Source: an uncultured Flavobacteriales bacterium (GTDB taxonomy: Bacteria > Bacteroidota > Bacteroidia > Flavobacteriales_F > PHOS-HE28). Taken from it: DNA of 64,000 bases. Shown one piece after another: positions 26,699-35,583 of this stretch. The stretch lies in the NCBI GenBank assembly GCA_937872175.1, contig CALMPI010000019.1, forward strand, positions 53,651-117,650. The letters are read 5' to 3'. Position 1 is the stretch's first letter. Every line of letters starts with the position of its first letter. The notes under the pieces are model-generated. The model saw only the letters and a list, made by a program, of their open reading frames with translations, was not told the origin of the DNA and did no database searches. The position numbers were made by a program, and so were the translations under genes.

Positions 26699-28014
26699 GG
26701 CTTCTGGTTCTTCGGGAGATAGTGCAGGACCACCCGCGCTTGTGGTGAGAAATACTCCTTGGCCACCCGCTGCAGGTCCTCCGGGGTCACGGCCAGATAG
26801 CGCTCCAGCTCCCGGGAGGCCATCTCCGCACCGCCCAGGAAGGTGTGGGCGGTGGCCAGATCCGAGGCGACACCGGCCACGCGGCTGTTGTCGCGCACGA
26901 ACTCCGTTTCCACCTGCGCCTTGAGCTTGTCGAGCTCGGGTTGCGGGACCAACCCGTCGCGCACCTTGGCGAACTCGGCGTCCATGGCGCTCTCCAACTG
27001 TTCGGCCGAAACGCCCATGTTGGCGATGGCAAAGGCGATGGCGAGGCCGGGATGCTCGAACGGGAAGCTGAACGCGCCCACATAGAGCGCCTTCTGGGCC
27101 CGGTCCTTCAATTCCACGTTCAGGCGCGAACTGTTGCCGTTGCTCATCAGCCGGTTCAGCATGTCCACCGCATAGAAATCGGCCGTGCCGTACGCCGGGA
27201 TCCGGTACGCCTGCACCACCGCCGGCAGCTGGATCTGATCGAACACCACATCACGGACCTCACCTTTGAGCGGAGGTTCCTCGGCTGTGGTGCGCGCGAT
27301 CTCCTTCCCGCGGGGAATGGCCGCGAAGTACCTCTCGACCTGCTTGCGGACCTCCTCGGTCCTCACATCGCCGGCGATCACAAGAACGGCGTTGTTCGGC
27401 ACGTAGTAGGTCTTGTAGAAGTCGATGTAGTCCTGTTCGCTCGCGGCGTTCAGATCCTCCATGAATCCGATCGTCGGCCACTGGTACGGATGCACGGTGT
27501 ACGCGCGCTTCAGCACCTCGATCAGGATGCTGCCATAGGGTTGGTTCTCGTACCGCTGACGGCGCTCCTCCTTCACCACCTCACGCTGGGTGTCGATCCC
27601 CTTCTGATCCACCTTGGCATGCAGCATGCGCTCGCTCTCCAGCCAAAGCCCGAGCTCCAGTTGATTGCTGGGCAGCACCTCATAGTAGTAGGTGCGGTCA
27701 CCGTTGGTGTTCGCGTTCAGCACGCCGCCGGCCTTCTCCACATGCTTGCTGAATTCACCTCGGCCGATGTTCGCCGAGCCTTCGAAGAGCAGGTGTTCGA
27801 AGAAATGGGCGAACCCTCGCCGGTCGGCTCGTTCGTCCTTGCTTCCGACATGGTACATCACGCTCACCGCCACGATCGGGGTGCCGTGGTCCTCGTGAAC
27901 GATGACATGGAGACCGTTGTCGAGGTCGAACTCCGTGAACGCGATGGCGCCTTTCTGCGCTGCGAGCGGGATGGCGAGCATATGGGCCAGAAGAAGGGTG
28001 GATGTTGTCCGCAT
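26695..28014 (-). CDS. M16-family zinc peptidase, catalytic subunit.
   Basis: HFFEHLLFEG (HxxEH) with a downstream Glu, and a signal peptide. An alternative start at 28038 (MRAPKPNG...) is possible. Confidence 0.85.
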   Translation of the reverse strand: MRTTSTLLLAHMLAIPLAAQKGAIAFTEFDLDNGLHVIVHEDHGTPIVAVSVMYHVGSKDERADRRGFAHFFEHLLFEGSANIGRGEFSKHVEKAGGVLNANTNGDRTYYYEVLPSNQLELGLWLESERMLHAKVDQKGIDTQREVVKEERRQRYENQPYGSILIEVLKRAYTVHPYQWPTIGFMEDLNAASEQDYIDFYKTYYVPNNAVLVIAGDVRTEEVRKQVERYFAAIPRGKEIARTTAEEPPLKGEVRDVVFDQIQLPAVVQAYRIPAYGTADFYAVDMLNRLMSNGNSSRLNVELKDRAQKALYVGAFSFPFEHPGLAIAFAIANMGVSAEQLESAMDAEFAKVRDGLVPQPELDKLKAQVETEFVRDNSRVAGVASDLATAHTFLGGAEMASRELERYLAVTPEDLQRVAKEYFSPQARVVLHYLPKNQKP

Positions 28015-28178
28015 GCCGTTCGGCTTGGGTGCCCGCATCGCTGCCAAGAGCAACGCGCGGGGCGGCCAAAAGTACGTGCACAGGCTGCACCGGAGGCCAT
28101 CAGCACGGCCGTCCACGCTGTGGAGCCGCAGCTCTCATCGGTGGCAGCGCTTGACATCCGCTCGGCCGATGGAATAGC

Positions 28179-29765
28179 TTGGTCGACAGAAAACGCCATT
28201 TCATCGACAGCATGCGTCATCCCGCCATCCTCACCATGCCTCCTCAGCGCGTAGCGACCCACGACCCGGCCCTCACTCCCGCCCTGCTGGACATGTTGAC
28301 GGGCCTGGACGAGCGCTTCGCCACGCGCATCGAGCGGTTGATGGAGGAGCGCAAGGCCCGTCGTGACCGGTTGGCGTCCGGCATGGTTGAACGTGCGGAG
28401 GACACCCGGCACATCCGGATGGCGGACTGGTCGGTGGAGCCCCTGCCCGCGAACTGGATGGAGCGCCGTGTGGAGGTGATCGGCCCGGCTGACCGGCAGC
28501 GCATGATCGAAGGCCTCCACACCGGGGCCAAGACCTATATCGCCGACCTTTCCGACCTGGCCACGGGCCATAAGGCCAGCGTGCTGCGCGGCCATCGGGC
28601 CCTCGGGCGCGCCGCCCGGGGGCGGCTCAGTTGCATCAGCACTGAGCACGGTCGCATCCGACTTCATGCATCCGTCACCACGCGCTTGGCCGTGGCCGTG
28701 CGCCCCTTGAGCGCCCTGGAATCCATGGTGCGCCACGGCGGTCGCCCGGTCCGGGCCGGGCTCTTCGATCTGGTGATGCTCGTCCATCATCACGGTCGCA
28801 CCCTCCTGGAGCGTCAGCGCAGTATTCATGTGTACCTGCGCGATGTCCAAGGGCATTTGGAGGCCAGGCTCTGGAACGACCTGTTCGACGCCGTGGAGGA
28901 GGACCTCGGTCTTGACAGGGGCAGCATCCGGGCCACGGTCTTCGTGGACACCGTGTCCGGGGCCTTGGAGGCCGAGGAAACGCTGTTCGAACTGGCACCC
29001 CATGCCGGCGGTCTGGCGCTTGACAACGCGGCTTACGTGGCGGACCACATCGCCCTGTTCACAAGCCGCGAAAGCGGCGTGTTCCCCGACCGTGAGCGGT
29101 TCGGCATGGATTGCGGGTTGCTGGAGTCGCTGGCCCGCATGGTGATCGGCACCTGTCATCGGCGCGGTGCACACGCCTTGGGCACGCCCGGCCATGGGCT
29201 GCCGCACCTTGGACATGGACGTGCGAAGCCGGCGCTGCTGGAAATGCTCCACGACAAGGAACACGAGGCCGCCTTGGGCATGGATGGAACCCTGATGGCC
29301 CACCCCGGCCTTGTGAACGCGGCCATGACCGAGTTCAACAAGCACATGGGTGCCAGCCATCAGCTCGGGGTGCAACGGCGCGAGGCCATCGCCGTGAGCG
29401 ACCTGGTGCGCCGACCTGACGGGGACATCTCGGTTGACGGGCTGGTGCGCGCCGTGCGCACCGGGTTGCTCGGTCTATCGGCCATGGCGGTCGGTATTTC
29501 GCGGATCGAGCTCGACGGTCGCACCCATGACCGCAGCAGCGTCCGCCTGGCCCTCGCACTGCTCTGGCAGTGGGTCGTGGCGGACAAGGGTCGGGTCACG
29601 GCCTCCGGGCTGGACATCCACGACGATCTCATCACCTTCCTGGTGAAGAAGGAGGTGGAGAAACTGGCCGCCCGTCCTGACGCTCCGACCTTGAGCGCGC
29701 TGCGGTCGGCCGGCGACAAGCTCATCAGCGTCGTCCTTGGCCCGGACCACCCCGAGGTGGTCTGA
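28179..29765 (+). CDS. Malate synthase A family protein (divergent).
   Basis: Aligns along its whole length to AceB-type malate synthase (ADW..EP.P..W.ERRVE..GP, TCHRRGAHALG, GMDGTLMAHPGL). Several normally conserved acidic positions differ (ADFEDS reads ADLSDL here; IET reads VDT). Confidence 0.65.
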   Translation: MVDRKRHFIDSMRHPAILTMPPQRVATHDPALTPALLDMLTGLDERFATRIERLMEERKARRDRLASGMVERAEDTRHIRMADWSVEPLPANWMERRVEVIGPADRQRMIEGLHTGAKTYIADLSDLATGHKASVLRGHRALGRAARGRLSCISTEHGRIRLHASVTTRLAVAVRPLSALESMVRHGGRPVRAGLFDLVMLVHHHGRTLLERQRSIHVYLRDVQGHLEARLWNDLFDAVEEDLGLDRGSIRATVFVDTVSGALEAEETLFELAPHAGGLALDNAAYVADHIALFTSRESGVFPDRERFGMDCGLLESLARMVIGTCHRRGAHALGTPGHGLPHLGHGRAKPALLEMLHDKEHEAALGMDGTLMAHPGLVNAAMTEFNKHMGASHQLGVQRREAIAVSDLVRRPDGDISVDGLVRAVRTGLLGLSAMAVGISRIELDGRTHDRSSVRLALALLWQWVVADKGRVTASGLDIHDDLITFLVKKEVEKLAARPDAPTLSALRSAGDKLISVVLGPDHPEVV

Positions 29766-29788
29766 GCCACTGCTGAACCCCGGTTAAC

Positions 29789-30079
29789 TTGGCCCCCGTG
29801 AACGACGGGTGGATCAGCATCACGGACAGGCTGCCCGGCAGCGGGGAGCGCGTGCTCTGCTGGGTGCCCGGGCATCAGGTATACCTGCCTGGCAAGAGCG
29901 GGGCCACTGAACTTCGCGAGCTGGTCATCCTTCGGTTCCTGCGGGACCATTTCACACACAACCCCAGCAAGACCGGAAGGACGAACTCGCCCCATCTCTG
30001 GGCGGGCGAAGGCTCCAGCAACCAGTTCTTCGAGGCCGTCACCCACTGGCGACCCTTGCCTCCCGCACCCGTGACCTAG
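29789..30079 (+). CDS. Small hypothetical protein with DUF551-like N-terminus (a domain usually seen in phage proteins).
   Basis: DGWISITDRLPGSGERVLCWV resembles the DUF551 core. High GC3 codon pattern. Starts 24 bp after the malate-synthase stop. Confidence 0.45.
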   Translation: MAPVNDGWISITDRLPGSGERVLCWVPGHQVYLPGKSGATELRELVILRFLRDHFTHNPSKTGRTNSPHLWAGEGSSNQFFEAVTHWRPLPPAPVT

Positions 30080-30804
30080 CGACCCTGAGCCGGCGGAACG
30101 ATCTCCAACAGTTCCACTTCGAACAAGAGCGTACTGTTCGGGGGCAGGTCGCCTCCGGGACCACGGCTGTTGCCGTAGGCCAGACCTGCGGGAATGAAAA
30201 GCTTGTACCGGGAACCGACGGACATCAGCTGAATGGCCTCCGCCCAGCCCGGGATCACATTGCCCACGCCGAACATGGCCGGTTGACCGCGCTTGTATGA
30301 GCTGTCGAACTCCGTTCCGTCCAGCAAGGTGCCCCTGTAGTTGACCTTCACCACGTCCTCCGCCGTGGGCTTCGGTCCCGTGCCGGCCTGGAGCACCTCG
30401 TATTGGAGTCCGGAGGGTGTGGTGGTGACGCCGGGCTTCTTGCCGTTCTCAGCAAGCCAGGCCTCGCCCTTCCGCAGGTTCTCCTCCCCCTCCTTCTGTT
30501 CACGCTCCATCACCTTCTTCTGGGCGGCGAGCATGTAGGCCTGAACCAATGACCGCACGTTGTCCGCGTTGATCCGCTCTGCACTGTCCAAGCCATCGCG
30601 AATGCCCATGGCCATGGCGTCCACGTTGAGCGAATCCAGTCCGCTCAGCTTCATGTTGTGGCCAATGTCCGTGCCGATGCCATAGCTCACCGAATCGATA
30701 TTCGACCGCAGCGGGGCGTTCCGGCCTTTCTGGCCGGTGACCTCATTGGAACAGGCCGTGAGCAACACGGCGACAAGGGCCGTCAACAGGGATCGGATGA
30801 TCAT
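30076..30804 (-). CDS. FKBP-type peptidyl-prolyl cis-trans isomerase (FkpA-like lipoprotein).
   Basis: Lipoprotein signal MIIRSLLTALVAVLLTAC, an N-terminal dimerisation helix, and an FKBP domain (VKVNYRGTLLDGTEFDSSYKRGQPAMFGVGNVIPGWAEAI...LFIPAGLAYG). Confidence 0.85.
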   Translation of the reverse strand: MIIRSLLTALVAVLLTACSNEVTGQKGRNAPLRSNIDSVSYGIGTDIGHNMKLSGLDSLNVDAMAMGIRDGLDSAERINADNVRSLVQAYMLAAQKKVMEREQKEGEENLRKGEAWLAENGKKPGVTTTPSGLQYEVLQAGTGPKPTAEDVVKVNYRGTLLDGTEFDSSYKRGQPAMFGVGNVIPGWAEAIQLMSVGSRYKLFIPAGLAYGNSRGPGGDLPPNSTLLFEVELLEIVPPAQGR

Positions 30805-30964
30805 AGGTGGGTTCGAATGGGCGGCGAAGATAGGTTGCCCGCTCCGGTCAGGTCGGTCAGAGCGTCTATTCCCTTCATGACCATGCCCGGATCCATGGGC
30901 CTCACCCTTAGGGTCGAGATCCAGGACAGCAGCTCTCAGATGCTGGTCCCGCACGAGTGGGGCG

Positions 30965-30975
30965 CCCCCCCCCCC
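30965..30975. repeat. Homopolymeric C tract (about 11 C) in an intergenic region.
   Basis: ggcgcccccccccccctgacc. A run this long is a potential slipped-strand site. Confidence 0.55.
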
Positions 30976-31042
30976 TGACCCTGCTAACCGCAAGTCCGTT
31001 GCGACATCGTAGGGAGGCTCCGACCGGGAGCATCACTGACCT

Positions 31043-31058
31043 ATGTATGGCCATACAT
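31043..31058. promoter_or_regulatory. Perfect 16-bp palindrome ATGTATGGCCATACAT, copy 1.
   Basis: Self-complementary. An identical copy lies 183 bp away. Both sit in a roughly 600-bp AT-richer intergenic gap. Confidence 0.4.
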
Positions 31059-31225
31059 TCATTCTCCTCGCTGGTTGAACCACGGGATGGTCGCGTCCTG
31101 ACACGCTTTGTTGAGGTTATCTGAACTGGGGCCTAGGAAATGACAGAAGAGATCCAGAGGCTCTTTCACAACCATAACCACCTGATGTCCAATCAGATGA
31201 ACTCGACGTCCCATCCCCGTGAAGT

Positions 31226-31241
31226 ATGTATGGCCATACAT
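31226..31241. promoter_or_regulatory. Perfect 16-bp palindrome ATGTATGGCCATACAT, copy 2 (extends to 18 bp, tATGTATGGCCATACATa).
   Basis: Identical to 31043-31058. Confidence 0.4.
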
Positions 31242-31410
31242 ATATCCAGCGGGTCATCCCCTCATCGTACCGCCACCTGGATCGATCGCATGCACCAACA
31301 CCCGTTCCAGCCAGGAAAGCTGGAAGCTCCGTCTTGAACGATCGATGGATCGCCACCACGCCCCACTCCGCCGTGCGCTCGACCGCTCACAGGCCCCCGG
31401 CAACACTTCT

Positions 31411-32262
31411 TCAGGGTCGCCCCGGAACCCCATGACCTCCACGTTCCCTCCTCTGTTCCGGTCGGGACAGAAGAGCGCGAAGAACCCGGTGATAGCGGGC
31501 GAACCGCGCCAAGTCGTTGTGATGCCCGGTCGGGAAGACGATCATCTGGCGCTCCACGGAGTTGGGAATGGATGCGTAGAGCTTCAATGCACTTGCTACG
31601 GGCACCACGCCGTCCCGTTCGCCATGGAAGATACAGACCGGACAGCGCACCCTCCTGATGGCGACATCGTTGGTGAACCGGTAGTTCAGCAGGAGTCCGT
31701 AGGGCAACCAACGGAAATAGTTCCGCGCAGGATCGATCAGCCGGGCAAATGGTGACTCCAGTACGAGGGACCTCGGGTTGCGTTGGGCGGCCACAGGCAC
31801 CGCCGATCCACTGCCCAGCGAACGGCCGTACACCACGATCCGATCTTCAGGCCATTCGGTGCACAGTTGATCGTACCACAGCAAGGCGTCCGCCAGGATG
31901 GCGCTCTCGCTCAAGGGGCCCTTGCTCTTTCCGTACCCCCGTGGTTCGGGCATCAACACAGCATGTCCCGAGCGGGTGAACCGCGGCGCCCGCTTGCCCC
32001 AGCGCTTCAGTGTGCCGGTGTTCCCGTGGAAATAAAGCACCACGCCCACGGCGTTCTCAGTGGGAAAGTAGAGCCCATGCAGTTCGGCTCCATCGCACCC
32101 GGTGATCCAGCGTTCCTCAAAGGCATGAGCGAACCGGTATCGGTACCGCTTCGAAAGCGGATGCCGCACGAAGATGAGCCGCTCCTGCAGCAGATAGTAC
32201 ACCAGGCAGAGAGCCGCATAACCCACGGCCAAGGCGGACAGCAGCGTCAACCAAGCGAACAC
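31411..32262 (-). CDS. Alpha/beta-hydrolase fold protein (membrane-anchored).
   Basis: N-terminal TM helix, nucleophile elbow VYGRSLGSG, and a catalytic His near the C-terminus (PTGHHND). Confidence 0.8.
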   Translation of the reverse strand: MFAWLTLLSALAVGYAALCLVYYLLQERLIFVRHPLSKRYRYRFAHAFEERWITGCDGAELHGLYFPTENAVGVVLYFHGNTGTLKRWGKRAPRFTRSGHAVLMPEPRGYGKSKGPLSESAILADALLWYDQLCTEWPEDRIVVYGRSLGSGSAVPVAAQRNPRSLVLESPFARLIDPARNYFRWLPYGLLLNYRFTNDVAIRRVRCPVCIFHGERDGVVPVASALKLYASIPNSVERQMIVFPTGHHNDLARFARYHRVLRALLSRPEQRRERGGHGVPGRP

Positions 32263-32300
32263 CCGGCGAAGTTACCAGCGTCACCGCCCGGGCACCGAGG

Positions 32301-33464
32301 TCATTCGGCTGTCGCCAGGGCTTCGCTCTCGTACACTTCCCGCGTGCAGCTGTCGCCGTTCTTGAAATAGAACACACCGCCCCACTTATGAACGATCCGC
32401 TTGAACTCGGTGCTGACCCCTTCCCGCTCCAGCCGGATGACGGTCATCACCTTGTTGGGTTCCACGATCAGCTCCTCCTCCCGGACCACCTCGGCCAGGA
32501 TTACCGGTTCCTCCGGACGGTCCTCGGAACCTTGTTGGGCTTGGGCCGGTCGCACAGGTGAAGGCTCATCTCCAGCGACCGGGTCCTGCGTGCGGCGTCC
32601 ATCCTCCCCTTCCACCACGCGAGCGGCAAGTCGGTTACGGGTGACACGGGGCATGGGTGGTGGCGGAGGCGGTTCTTCCCTGGACACCACGGCAGCGGCC
32701 GGCTGCGGCGGCGGAGCGGACTTGGCAGCTGCGGCCGCGGCTTTCCGGTCCTCCTCGGCCTTGCGCGCCTCCGCTGCTTTGCGCTCCTCTTCGGCTTTGC
32801 GCTCGGCGGCGGCAAGTCGTTCGGCCTCCGCTTCCTCGGCGGCCTTCCGTTTGGCCTCTTCCTTTTTCGCCGCATCCGCGGCCTTCTTCGCCTCCACTTC
32901 GGCCTGGGCTTTCGCCTTCGCCGCTTCCGCGGCCTGCTTCTCCTGCTCCTTGGCCTGCTGCTGCTCCTCGGCCTGCTTTTGCTCCACCTGCTCCATTACG
33001 GTCTGCAGCTGGGACTGGATGCTCTTGGTGTAGTCCGTGTCATAGTCGAAATCGTCCACGGACGCTTCGTACCGGATCATGCCCACGGGCTGGTTGAAGA
33101 CCACGATGTTGATGTCGTCGTACTGCTTGAACAGCGATACCGCGAACTCGAATGGGGAGAACCCGTTGGCCGCCGCATCCGCAGGCACCTTGGTGTCGAA
33201 CACCAATTTCTTGGTGACGAAGCCGTCCTTCTCAAAGCTCAGCACGTAGTTCGCGTTGAGCGTCAGGTCCAGGTTGAACTTGCCCAGACCACTGGTGAGC
33301 ACCCGGTCCTTCTCTCCGTTCTTGTATACCACCACCTTGGTGTTCTCCAGTCCGCCGCCCTCCACCTTCACCCGACCGGTGATGGTGAACGCCCGCTGCG
33401 CGAACGCCATGGACGTCAGGAGAACACCGCAGAGGAACAGGAGGGGTTTCGATGCGTGGGGCAT
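32301..33464 (-). CDS. Secreted protein with an N-terminal carboxypeptidase-regulatory-like beta-sandwich, an Ala/Glu/Lys-rich coiled-coil with a Pro-rich segment, and a conserved about 60-aa C-terminal domain shared with 48086-51970.
   Basis: Signal peptide MPHASKPLLFLCGVLLTSMAFAQ. ITGRVKVEGGGLENTKVVVYKNGE is CarboxypepD_reg-like. The C-terminus is KVMTVIRLEREGVSTEFKRIVHKWGGVFYFKNGDSCTREVYESE. Confidence 0.7.
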   Translation of the reverse strand: MPHASKPLLFLCGVLLTSMAFAQRAFTITGRVKVEGGGLENTKVVVYKNGEKDRVLTSGLGKFNLDLTLNANYVLSFEKDGFVTKKLVFDTKVPADAAANGFSPFEFAVSLFKQYDDINIVVFNQPVGMIRYEASVDDFDYDTDYTKSIQSQLQTVMEQVEQKQAEEQQQAKEQEKQAAEAAKAKAQAEVEAKKAADAAKKEEAKRKAAEEAEAERLAAAERKAEEERKAAEARKAEEDRKAAAAAAKSAPPPQPAAAVVSREEPPPPPPMPRVTRNRLAARVVEGEDGRRTQDPVAGDEPSPVRPAQAQQGSEDRPEEPVILAEVVREEELIVEPNKVMTVIRLEREGVSTEFKRIVHKWGGVFYFKNGDSCTREVYESEALATAE

Positions 33465-33531
33465 GCGGATGGTCCGGACAGGGAACCCGGTCGCCGCGTG
33501 TACGTAAGAGGGCGTACCCAAGTTCCCTGAC

Positions 33532-33993
33532 ATGCGCACTCTGTTCAGTCTGTGGTTGCTCTGTACTGCGGTCCTGCTCCAGGCCCGATCGCCCGGCGTC
33601 ATTCTTCAGGAGCTCAATGCGCTCTATGAAGGGACGGTCCGGTTCAGGCTCGATCAGGAGGACCGCCTTGTGACCGACCTCTTCGACCGCACCGGGCATT
33701 TCCGGCAGGATGTGGTCTACATCGAGTTCCTCGACCCGAACGGGTTCAAATTCTCGGAGGAGGAAACCGCCGTGGTGATGACCTGCGCCGCTGACCATGC
33801 CAATTGCATCGAGAAGGAGGTGTTCCGCATGAACGTCATCCGGCACACCGGGCGCAGTGTGTTCCCCCTGGCCGCCGGTGACGCCGAAGGCGCCAGGGCG
33901 ATCGGGCTTCTCGCGGCCCTGGTGAGCGAAGCCCAGCAGGAGATCGCCCGGAAGGCGGCTGAAACCCATGCCCGTCCGCAACGTAAAAGGTGA
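33532..33993 (+). CDS. Hypothetical secreted protein.
   Basis: Signal peptide MRTLFSLWLLCTAVLLQA. No recognisable domain. Confidence 0.55.
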   Translation: MRTLFSLWLLCTAVLLQARSPGVILQELNALYEGTVRFRLDQEDRLVTDLFDRTGHFRQDVVYIEFLDPNGFKFSEEETAVVMTCAADHANCIEKEVFRMNVIRHTGRSVFPLAAGDAEGARAIGLLAALVSEAQQEIARKAAETHARPQRKR

Positions 33994-34009
33994 CCGCTCA
34001 ACCGTGACC

Positions 34010-34552
34010 ATGAACCGCATCGTGCTATCCCTCTCCGCTGCGCTCGTCCTGACACAGTCGGCGAACGCGCAGGACCTCGCCCTGGCCGGCGGGTCCGATG
34101 CTGCTGCCATCGACGCCCTTTACGCCGAAGGCGAACGAGCCTATCAACGCGGAGCCTACGACGAGGCCATCGCCCTGTTCACCAAGGTGCTCGACCAGGA
34201 CGCCGGGCACCTCAACGCCTATCTCCAGCGTGGCTTCTGCCACTCCCTCACGAGGCGGTACGAGCTGGCGGTGGCCGACTTCAGCGCCGTGATCGCCCGG
34301 AAACCGGACCACCTCTGGGCCTACACCAGCCGGGGGAGCGCGTACAACAAACTGCAGCGCTACGACAAGGCGATGCTCGACTTCGACCATGTGATCACCC
34401 TGGACCCCAGGAACGAGGAGGCCTTCAACAACAGGGGGTGGGCCAGGAAGGGCTCGGGCGATCCGGCCGGTGCGTGCAAGGATTGGCGAACGAGCCAGCG
34501 CATGGGCAACGCCGAGGCCCGGATCATCCTCACCAACAACCGTTGCAAATGA
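34010..34552 (+). CDS. Secreted tetratricopeptide-repeat protein.
   Basis: Signal peptide MNRIVLSLSAALVLTQSANAQ and four TPR-like units (AYLQRGFCHSL..., AYTSRGSAYNKLQRYDKAMLDFDHVITLDP, AFNNRGWARKG...). Confidence 0.75.
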   Translation: MNRIVLSLSAALVLTQSANAQDLALAGGSDAAAIDALYAEGERAYQRGAYDEAIALFTKVLDQDAGHLNAYLQRGFCHSLTRRYELAVADFSAVIARKPDHLWAYTSRGSAYNKLQRYDKAMLDFDHVITLDPRNEEAFNNRGWARKGSGDPAGACKDWRTSQRMGNAEARIILTNNRCK

Positions 34553-34953
34553 ACCGCCTCTACACCATCCTCCTCGCGCTCGGTTTGGCCGTCCGCGCAC
34601 TTGCCCAGGACATGGACGCCAACGACTGCATCGTGAAGGCCTCCTCCGCGTGGGGAAAGCCCTGCGAAAAGTGCGAGTTCTATAAGGAGGGTTACAAGCG
34701 CGATTTCAGCGGCACCTACCTCATCGAGCTGCAGAACACCTGTACGCAGCTCGTGGAGGTGAAGGTGGCCATGCAGGAGAAGAACGGGACCTGGCGCACC
34801 TTTCCTGTGAAGGCCCTGGCACCGAACGAGACGATGGACGCCTTCGCCTGCCAGGGGACCGGTAAGTACCTCTACTGGGTGCGGCGCGTGAACGATACGG
34901 AGATCGTGCTTCCCAGCGACCAGGAGATCCTGACGGAATACCGCGGTCGCTGA
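34549..34953 (+). CDS. Hypothetical secreted Cys-containing protein.
   Basis: Signal peptide MNRLYTILLALGLAVRALAQ. The start overlaps the TPR gene stop (ATGA). Confidence 0.55.
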   Translation: MNRLYTILLALGLAVRALAQDMDANDCIVKASSAWGKPCEKCEFYKEGYKRDFSGTYLIELQNTCTQLVEVKVAMQEKNGTWRTFPVKALAPNETMDAFACQGTGKYLYWVRRVNDTEIVLPSDQEILTEYRGR

Positions 34954-35026
34954 CCGCTGTTCACGCCCCATTGTTGGCATCACATCGGGATCCACCGGGT
35001 GGCCCGGTCAGGGGGCAGGTAGTTTC

Positions 35027-35431
35027 GTGGCGTATCCCATGGCCACCAAGCTGCTGCACATCGACCGCACTGAGACCTCTCCCCAGATCGACATGGACCT
35101 GGAGCAGGGCACCATGGAGTTCGTGGGTCGTTCGCTACCCGCGAATTCCGAGCAGTTCTACAGCAGGGTCTACCGCTGGCTGGACGAGTACCTCCGTGCC
35201 CCTCGGGAGGAGACCACGGTGAACATGAAGCTGGACTACCTCGACACCAGCAGCAGCAAACACCTCTACAACATCTTCGACCGCCTCAACGCCGTGAACG
35301 AACGCGGACAGCGCGTGCACGTCAACTGGCACTTCGAGTCCGGGGACGAGGAGATGGCCGAGACCGGCAAGGACTATCAGCGCTTCTTCGGCCTCGACTT
35401 CCAGTTCATCGAAGTGGAGGAGCTCTTTTGA
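35027..35431 (+). CDS. DUF1987 / SiaC-like protein (second copy in the window, with no adjacent SiaB-like kinase).
   Basis: LLHIDRTETSPQIDMDLEQGTMEFVGRSLPANSEQFYSRVYRWLDEYL and LDYLDTSSSKHLYNIF match the DUF1987 pattern as I recall it. The start may be at the internal MATKLL. Confidence 0.65.
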   Translation: MAYPMATKLLHIDRTETSPQIDMDLEQGTMEFVGRSLPANSEQFYSRVYRWLDEYLRAPREETTVNMKLDYLDTSSSKHLYNIFDRLNAVNERGQRVHVNWHFESGDEEMAETGKDYQRFFGLDFQFIEVEELF

Positions 35432-35583
35432 GGCGCTCCGCCGTGTCCTGCACGGGTGCTGCCAGACGCCTGGCGTCGCGATGGCCGGGTCCGTCGTATC
35501 GATCGCAGCAGCTGCACCTGCACTGACCAAATGTCCCGGCAGCGAGCCCGTGGACCGGGCGCGTGCGCGGGCACATACCGCCT

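Noticed and set aside
29789-30079. A DUF551-like ORF as evidence of a prophage.
   Set aside because: No integrase, terminase, capsid, tail or lysis genes, and no att-like repeats around it. Flanking genes are ordinary metabolic and chaperone genes. It is treated as an isolated small gene.
31059-31241. 60-aa ORF running exactly between the two 16-bp palindromes (plus other small ORFs in the AT-richer spacer).
   Set aside because: Composition is atypical for this genome. The ORF boundaries are created by the palindromes themselves (ATGTATGGCCAT reads as ATG on both strands). No RBS, no promoter context and no homology.
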